Assembly (NCBI GenBank): GCA_030141605.1 | Contig: JAQGDQ010001647.1 | Coordinates: forward strand, 1 to 30,924 | DNA: 30,924 bases | Reading direction: 5' to 3' | Source: Tubiluchus corallicola | Taxonomy: Eukaryota; Animalia; Priapulida | Shown here: piece by piece, positions 24,076 through 30,924 of the stretch | Position numbering within the stretch: the stretch's first letter is position 1 | Layout: every line of letters begins with the position of its first letter | Program-made: the position numbers and the translations under genes | Notes under the pieces: model-generated | The model's input: only the letters and a program-made list of their open reading frames with translations | What the model was told of the DNA's origin: nothing | Databases searched by the model: none

Positions 24076-24146
24076 CGGAAAATGTTTTGAGGTACCACTC
24101 AGAAAACTGTTTGTACTCTTTGGTGACATTTCCTGGACTACCGTAC
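24076..24146 (-). CDS. IPO7: Importin-7 exon E, 71 nt
   Basis: ttccag|...|gtaaat; YGSPGNVTKEYKQFSEWYLKTFS. Confidence 0.95.
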
Positions 24147-24379
24147 CTGGAAAAATTAACATAAAAATAGGAAAATTCCCATTTACTTCAATGACATACA
24201 ATATCACACTTGCCCACAATTGATTCTCTAACTCTAGTGCAGCTAAATTTAAAATCAAACTAATTTGTGACTATAATATAAGCTATTACAACTTAAAATC
24301 CTACTCTCATTACGAATATTCAATTTATTTTATTATAAACTTCCGGTAAAACTTGTTTCGTTTGATTTTTTATCACTTC

Positions 24380-24785
24380 GTTATTAGCGGTACTAAATTT
24401 GAAGAACCGACATTTTCGTTGCGCGAGATGAATGACGTTATGAGCGTGGTCAAGAGGTCATCAAAGATTGGTAATCAAACATCGGTAACCAAAGACGCTT
24501 TCTGTATTTTTCAGTTCATTGTTAGAGGTATTAAATTTGAAGAACCGCCATTTTTCGTTGTGCGAGAAGAATGACGTTATGATCGTGGTCGAGAGGGCGC
24601 CAAAGATCAGTAATCAAGCATCGGTAACTAAAGACTCTTTCTGTATTTTTCAGTTAACTGTTAGCAGTATTAAATTTGAAGAACCGCCATTTTTCGTTGA
24701 GCGAGATTAACGATGTTACAAGTGCGGTCAAGAGGTCATCAAAGATTTTCAAACAAACTTCGGTAACCAAAGACTTCTGTACCTC
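24380..24785. repeat. ~138-bp tandem repeat, 3 diverged copies, probably internal to a Kolobok-like element ending GGCCT|TTAA near 24980
   Basis: AAATTTGAAGAACCG at 24395, 24533, 24672. Confidence 0.85.
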
Positions 24786-25773
24786 GTATGTCCCGCTCAC
24801 TCGCGCTAAAGTCGTGAAACATGGCGACCTTTACGGCAGAGCACGAGTGTTTAAAATTCAGCACAAAAAGGTAAGTTATTTAATTTAAAACTTTCTTTTG
24901 TTTAATAATAACAATGAATTCTTTGTGTAATCATAATAATGAGTTAAAAAATTCAATGTCTGTCGGGGTTATATAGGCCTTTAATGACCACTTAAATGGA
25001 ATTTAATCAGACATATTTACTTTAGCCCGAGCTTTACCAAATATTAAAGGAAAACAGGAGAATTTGTTCATATCCTACCCCATTCTGAGGTGGGGTAAAA
25101 ATTACACATTTTAACGTCCATAACGATGACATTTGAAGCATTTCTGATAATTAAATAACAGTTTAAAAACTTAATTAACGGCCGGCGAGCTCAGAAAGTG
25201 ATGACATCACAAATGAACATAATTTTCAACAGAACAAAAAAATTACATGAGCGATGTTGCAGTTATTTTTGAATGCTAAGAATTGCGAAAAATCAAAAAA
25301 GTATACAGCTTTTCGTGAAAGTGATTTTTACCATGGCCGCTTTTATTTGGAATAAATATATCTGTTCAAAATGGCAGAAACTCCTGGCAGCGATGAGGAA
25401 GTACCTCCTGAATTTGATGTCAACTTTTGTTTGAGTAAAATTGCGAAAATTCGAAAAAGTACAGAGCTTTTCGTGACTTTGTTCGTGAAAGTGGTTTTTA
25501 CCATGACCGCTTGTATTTGGAATAAACGAAACTGTTCAAAGCGGCAGAAGCTTTTGAGTAAAATAAACTTGTAAGAAGAATCTATAACTGAGCTCCGCTG
25601 GAAAAAACTCAGCTTCAAACTACTTCTGTGGTCAGTCTAGCAAGTTATCAGGAAGGACAGTGGTCACAATGATGACCACTACCTGCTGGAACTTGCAAAC
25701 ATAAGATATTTTGATGATAAAGTGGCCCAACATCCCGCTTAGAATTTAGAACATAAGTTTGAATTAAAAAATA

Positions 25774-26765
25774 CACGCGTATCTCGGTTTGCCGAACAAA
25801 AACAGGGAGAAGTCGGTATAAACTTGCCGACTGCCCGATACTAAGCTAATATAGTATTGCTGTTGGCATCCTTCTGTCTCGGAAGACAATGGAGTGTGCA
25901 CCAAGAGAGTTAGTTATTGATCAACATTGATGGAGCTGCAGCGTCGACTGTGGCTGAGCAGTGCGATCCTTGAACGTCTCCAGGGCGCACGCCTGGGCAA
26001 GGTGTATCCTGAGTTGCCAAGACAACAGGAACCCCCTCTCTTCCTCCCTGGTGTAGTCCAAAAGAAAGCGGAGCGATACGTTTGGCACCAGGTTGGCTGC
26101 AGAAGCTGCCGGAGTCAGTGAGCATGCAGCACTGGTCCGCCTTCGGGGCTCCACTCCTGATTTGGAAGGTTTACTCCTCTACACATGGCCGTTGGGTCAC
26201 TTGACCTCCTCCGCCCTCTAGCCGTTGGTTGCTTGTGCAGCTCCTCCGCCTAGTGTCGAGATACAGTGTGGGCATCCCGCAATCCTACAGTACCAGGTAT
26301 TTCTAGGCAGTCACCCATCCAAGTAGTAACCAGGCTCTACGTTGCTTAACTTCAGTGATCAGACGAGAACCGGTGTTTTCAACGTGATTTGGCCGTAGTC
26401 AGTATAGGGGCACCGTGTATTAGACTCATGGTAATGCAAAATCAATTGCCTAATTGTCTCAAAAACGTATAGTACGGGCCGCTCCTATGTAAAAGTATGT
26501 AAAAATGGTCAGCAATAGACTCAAATAACTGCGCATAATTGACTGTAAACCACCAAACACGCTAATATACAAGCTACATTTGTCGTTACATGCTGCTTGG
26601 ATGTAAACAAAGTAACATGCTGCCTGGTTGCACTGTTGCACTACCTGTTCAGCTCGCGAAATAACGGACTGTGTCCGTAGTATGCGGGAGTTTTTAACGG
26701 ACGAGATTTTGTCCGAATTTCCCGATATCCGTAAAAGAGAGGTCCGTCCAACCGAGATCTGAGTG
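25774..26765. mobile_element. Tc1/mariner-pogo-type MITE (TA TSD) hosting the 5S SINE; degenerate copy at ~13375-13810
   Basis: TA|CACGCGTATCTCGGTTTGCCG ... CGTCCAACCGAGATCTGAGTG|TA imperfect TIRs; internal homology to 13420-13800 in opposite orientation. Confidence 0.7.
25858..26400 (-). mobile_element. 5S rRNA-headed SINE (SINE3-type) with bipartite RTE-derived body
   Basis: 26400-26281 is a full-length diverged 5S sequence (GACTACGGCCAAATCACGTTGAAAACACCGG...GGATGGGTGACTGCC...) without T-run terminator; then RTE 5'UTR-like body, remnant SRIALLSHSRRCSS and tail CCATTGTCTTCCGAGACAGAAGGATGCCAAC; AGTAT on both flanks (possible TSD). Confidence 0.8.
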
Positions 26766-27090
26766 TAACAACATGTACTTCGAAGGACCTAGACCTTACT
26801 TCTGCAAGAATCTCACTATATTGTATTTACTGACTAACTAACTTACTTCTTACATTACTTCTAAGACACCCACACTAAAATCTAAACACCGGACGTAAAC
26901 AAGACCAGTGTACACTTTTTTCAGAAACAATTTCGAATAACATTTCCATCTGGGCAGAAAAACATGCTTAAAAAATGTGTTTGTTACAATGTTATGACCG
27001 GTGCTGCCATCTACGAAGCAGTAAGTTCATCACAAATTGAGGTCTAAAATTTAAACTTCTATATTCCGTATTGCAGAGATAAATAAATAC

Positions 27091-27185
27091 CTTTCAAATA
27101 TCCGTGCTAGGATATGGAGCGCCCATTTTTTCACTTTCCAATACGGAGTTTCTGCTCGCTCATCTTCGTCTAAAGTGTTGACGCT
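27091..27185 (-). CDS. IPO7: Importin-7 exon D, 95 nt
   Basis: ttcag|...|gtattt; [31 protein letters not shown](R), the hallmark IPO7/8 '[14 protein letters not shown]' motif. Confidence 0.96.
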
Positions 27186-27888
27186 CTGAAACATAAAAAA
27201 GTTTTTTCAGGTAAACTTTTCACGTAACCGTCAAACTTATGTTATGAACATCGCACGTGTGCGCACGACAGACTTGTGAACAGGGGCGCTTTAACCAACA
27301 GGCTAACTAGGCTATAGTCTAGAGTGCCAAAGTTTGAGGGGCGTCACATTTTAAGCACCCAGTTTTCAAAAATTCTTATTCTCCTCGGAAAATGCGTATC
27401 CGTTTGTGTTCATGTAAAACGAGCGTTGCGCAAGTCAACTCGAGTCGATTTCTAGTGGGAGGGGGGGCGATCTTGAAATTTTCTAATTCGATTACGATCT
27501 TGTTCTTGTAATTCAAAATCACGATTAAACTTTTGCGATAAATGTGTTAGTGTTTTAGCCGTAATTTTTAAACGTTGCAGCACTGAAATATAGCCTATGA
27601 ACTTCCTCAATGGCTTACGTCACTGTCTGCCAGTTTCGTACTCGCAAACTATTTTTCTAGACACGTACATTCATTAACTATTCTATTACTACGTCAACTA
27701 CACACGTTACATGAAAATGAATTTGAGGGTCCTAGTTTACAACACTGCGGTTTGCAATTGTGTGCATTGTATAAGGTGAGAAAAACAAAAAAATGCGAGA
27801 ATTCCATTTATTTGTACTAAAACACTGCCTTCTAGTCAGTGTGTAACACGTATATCTTGCTCTTGATTAATCTTCATTAACTGAATTA

Positions 27889-28378
27889 CAGTGGAACCTC
27901 GACTTACGAAAACCCCATTATACGAAAAATTCAGAATACGAATCGGGCTTCGAAGAAATTTCCGTCCCATTTAACAAAAAAATATTCACCCGACAGCGGT
28001 CCTCCCAGAATGCATTTCGTAGCATCACGTGAACACATTGTTGTGCTCTTATCTCACGTGAACGCATTCGCTAACCATGCATCCAAAAAAAGCAAGTGGC
28101 AGTGGTAGTGATAAGAAGAAACAGATGATGTCGATGGAAACAAATCTTGAAATTATAGCTAAATATGAAAGTGTCAAGCGTTTAAGTGCTATCTCAGGGG
28201 AGTATGAACGAAACCCTTCGACAATCGGGCATTAACAAACATATTTCTTTCGGGTGGGTACAAAATTCACACTTCACACGATTGTTTTCGGGGGAAGGGG
28301 ATCTGGAACAAAAACGAAAATTCTAAGATACGAAAGCCCCTCCGGAACGAATTAATTTCGCATCTCGAGGTATCACTG
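27889..28378 (+). mobile_element. Internally deleted Tigger/pogo transposon retaining transposase N-terminus (28077-28235)
   Basis: TA|CAGTGGAACCTCGAC ... CTCGAGGTATCACTG|TA; MHPKKASGSGSDKKKQMMSMETNLEIIAKYESVKRLSAISGEYERNPSTIGH* resembles CENP-B/psq HTH start of Tigger transposases. Confidence 0.85.
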
Positions 28379-28443
28379 TACTGTTCAATCGCCGATTATG
28401 TCAATTTATACATGGTTGTAATCTCGAATAATTTGATTAATTT

Positions 28444-28792
28444 ACTAATGGCCAAAATTTCCATAAAAATCGTGAGTTGGGTGCCGTGGCCCTCTCGCAA
28501 ATTCTAAATATGCCCATGACACCCACCGCTGAACTGGCTATCTATCCATGGCCGGCACGAGCCATGGCCCGTTCCCGTTCTTCCGATCTCAGACGTATAC
28601 GTTTTGCAAAAAAGGACGGAAAAATAGAGATTTTTGGAGGTTTTTCGCCCCCGTTCGTCCCGGTGGGCCCGATTCGAAAAATAAACCCCCAAGGACACGA
28701 CACTAGATCGAGACCTTTCGTTTGATGTATATTTCGCTGCAAATGGTGCCGTGGAAGCTGTAGCCTCGAATCTTATATATATATATATATAC
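28444..28792 (-). mobile_element. Possible non-autonomous Helitron-like element
   Basis: GC-richer island starting (TA)n-AAGA on minus strand, ATCAAACGAAAGG motif, repeated GGTGCCGTGG near both ends; termini not canonical. Confidence 0.4.
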
Positions 28793-28875
28793 CAGCGAAA
28801 TTAATATACACAATTGCCCATCATTACTTTCTGGTTCAAAATGCCTACTCCCACAACGTACAATATAATTCTCAC

Positions 28876-28965
28876 CTCGGGAACCGGTTTATCGACGACG
28901 TTTCCGATGAGTTGCATCCACATCGTGAACACGTCTCTTGTAATCAGCTCTTGCGGCATAAAATA
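28876..28965 (-). CDS. IPO7: Importin-7 exon C, 90 nt
   Basis: ttctag|...|gtgaga; YFMPQELITRDVFTMWMQLIGNVVDKPVPE. Confidence 0.93.
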
Positions 28966-29448
28966 CTAGAACAAAAAACCAGAAACGTCGTCAGTTAATC
29001 CACTTTTACGGCAACGCGGCACATCTTCAGTGCTGGCGATTGCGAATCTTTAAGGTCTCCACACACCATCAACCGAAACATCAAAGCGTAATTTGAGTAA
29101 AATATTTGTTTAATATTATAATTTATGAAATATAAGTGACAAAATATCTACTAAAACAAATTTGCTAATTTTCTTGAAGCTTCGCGATTTTAACCATAAA
29201 CATGTTCTACTTTTTCGGTTAAGATTTTTTGCCTAGTTACTTCATGAAATTTGTATCAGAGCAAGTAAAAGTAAACAAGCAAAAACAAAGTCTTTTATTT
29301 ATTTCAGAATTTTGTTGTTTGCAAAAATGATTTTGGTTCGTTGTCGGTTTCCTAAGTTTCACAAATTTCAGTTTTGACAACATCCTGTACGCAGAAGTAA
29401 CATCACGGTACGGCAGACGCAAATGTCCAAAATGAACACTAAGCACAC

Positions 29449-29495
29449 CGGTCACCCATTCATTTACCGAGCACGCTCAACGTTGCTTAACCTCA
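29449..29495 (-). repeat. Short degenerate 5S-like fragment (SINE remnant)
   Basis: GGTCACCCAT...CGTTGCTTAACCTC resembles 26310-26353. Confidence 0.45.
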
Positions 29496-29611
29496 GCACT
29501 AAGCACGCACCGTAACCACTCAGTTATTCTCACCCTTACCCAAAAAACTTATACGCAGCTGCCATTAACGTTCCTTGTTAATTTGTTTCACCCCCCCCCC
29601 CAGCAACTCAC

Positions 29612-29768
29612 TTGTGTTAGAGCGAAGAACGTTTTTAGTATCTGTTTTTGACACAAGGTGGCGAGCTCCGACGGATCCTGGAGTAAGTGGACTAGACGTT
29701 CGTAAATCATTGGCAGCAGCATGTGCAGGGCTTCGTTCAGCGGTATCCGCTCGTCTGGCTTCTTGTAC
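29612..29768 (-). CDS. IPO7: Importin-7 exon B, 157 nt
   Basis: ttttcag|...|gtgagt; YKKPDERIPLNEALHMLLPMIYERLVHLLQDPSELATLCQKQILKTFFALTQ; phase fits exon A. Confidence 0.95.
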
Positions 29769-29821
29769 CTGAAAAAATGTACCACAAAATTCGGTGAAAT
29801 TCAAGGTGATGTCAGAACCAC

Positions 29822-30365
29822 AAGCACAAGAAAACCCTCCACTTTAATGAAGCTTAAAACAATCGTCTTGAAATTTTACACCACTTACATACAGCCATTT
29901 TGCATGCAGGGTTTGCATCGGCAGTAACGCTGTATAAAACATGTAAATTTAAACTCCTGCGATGACCGTTAGGCGCAGCCATTTTAATGGTAGGTCGTTT
30001 GAAACAAGTTTTGATAACATTGCGTAAACCTTTCAACGAGAATACGATATACGCATAAAATTGCTGTGAAGTAGTATTATTTTTAAGGCGATTTTTCTGA
30101 AACCTACTTCAGGTACCCCTTTTCTTGTCTTTTAAGTCTTTATAAACCCTCCCCACACTCTTATACATAACCCTTTCCCATTCTCTTAATAACTTTTCCC
30201 ATACAGTACATGTACCTTTTAAAAAACTTTACTTAAATGTTCATAAAAATGTTTTAAACTCTTAAACCTAGATACGTATTTGTTGTGTACAGTCTCACGT
30301 CAGCAAGTAGCATCTCAAGCGGGTGCAAGTACTACATTTCGTTTTTGGTGTGTATTCATCGGCCG
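29822..30365 (+). mobile_element. Second Kolobok-in-Tigger composite fragment
   Basis: Same Kolobok/T junction (CTTGTCTT|TTAAGTCTTTATAAACCC) as at 20909, with a different internal deletion. Confidence 0.75.
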
Positions 30366-30546
30366 AAATGGCAACTTCGGAATAGTATTGTGGGAGATTT
30401 AAAATGAAAACAAAAAAATATTTTTAATGCGGGTACGAAATACGCAAAAAATTGCTATAAAGTAATATAATTTTTAAGGTGATAATTCTGAAACCTACTT
30501 CAGATACTTTAATATGAGGTAAACGTGAGGTATGCGACAGGCTTAC

Positions 30547-30705
30547 TCAAAGTTTTTGGTCAGTTGATGTAAACACATAAGCGCCCCCATCCAAGTACGG
30601 TAGTCGGTGTACTGCAAGTACAAGCTGATCTTTTCAACTATTTGCGGCCAGCGTCCCGGAAAATCGTGTTTAACCATGTTGCTAATGCACACAGCTAACT
30701 GTAAC
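30547..30705 (-). CDS. IPO7: Importin-7 internal exon A (most 5' exon in window), 159 nt
   Basis: tttag|G...TTTGA|gtaagc; encodes (R)LQLAVCISNMVKHDFPGRWPQIVEKISLYLQYTDYRTWMGALMCLHQLTKNF(E), matching IPO7 'KHDYPSRW...LYQLVKNYE'. Confidence 0.95.
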
Positions 30706-30924
30706 CTAAAAACGGCAACAAGTAACCATATTAACGATGTAAACAGCTAACTGTAACCTATGTTAGCATTAATCAATAACCACATCAGTAATACAGACAG
30801 CCGACTGTAACCTAAAACAGCTGCAATTAATAACCACATTACTAATACAGCCAGCTGAATGTAACCTAAAACAGCTGCAATCAATAACCACATTACTAAT
30901 ACAGACAGCTGAATGTAACCTAAA
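30670..30924 (-). repeat. 52-54-bp array built from the exon A acceptor and first ~35 exon nt (open at window edge)
   Basis: CAGCT..TGTAACCTA recurs near 30692, 30744, 30798, 30852, 30906. Confidence 0.9.

Noticed and set aside
26281-26400. Functional 5S rRNA gene
   Set aside because: Stem-disrupting substitutions, no oligo-T terminator, fused to a retroposon body inside a MITE

Overview
AT-rich, repeat-dense animal (invertebrate) genomic DNA, not prokaryotic. The whole window lies inside a minus-strand importin-7 (IPO7/moleskin) gene. I reconstructed 14 internal exons with canonical GT-AG sites and matching phases (1,843 nt, ~614 codons); both gene ends lie outside the window. The 9-kb intron 12686-21726 holds a nested plus-strand gene for a ~293-aa signal peptide-LRRNT-LRR-LRRCT-stalk-hydrophobic tail protein, split by an intron and so seen only in pieces in the ORF track. 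Another intron carries a box C/D snoRNA with the SNORD30/U30-type 18S guide, apparently pushed away from its 3' splice site by a Tigger-like MITE. Other intronic content: a 5S rRNA-headed bipartite-RTE SINE plus a headless copy, Tigger/pogo, Kolobok-, piggyBac-, hAT- and Helitron-like non-autonomous elements, and many minisatellites. The most unusual pattern is that four exons are flanked by tandem arrays made from their own splice junction, giving stacks of decoy splice sites. Several of these copies differ from the exon mainly at synonymous positions. Most ORFs in the supplied track are repeat artefacts. Family assignments rest on recalled motifs; no database search was run.
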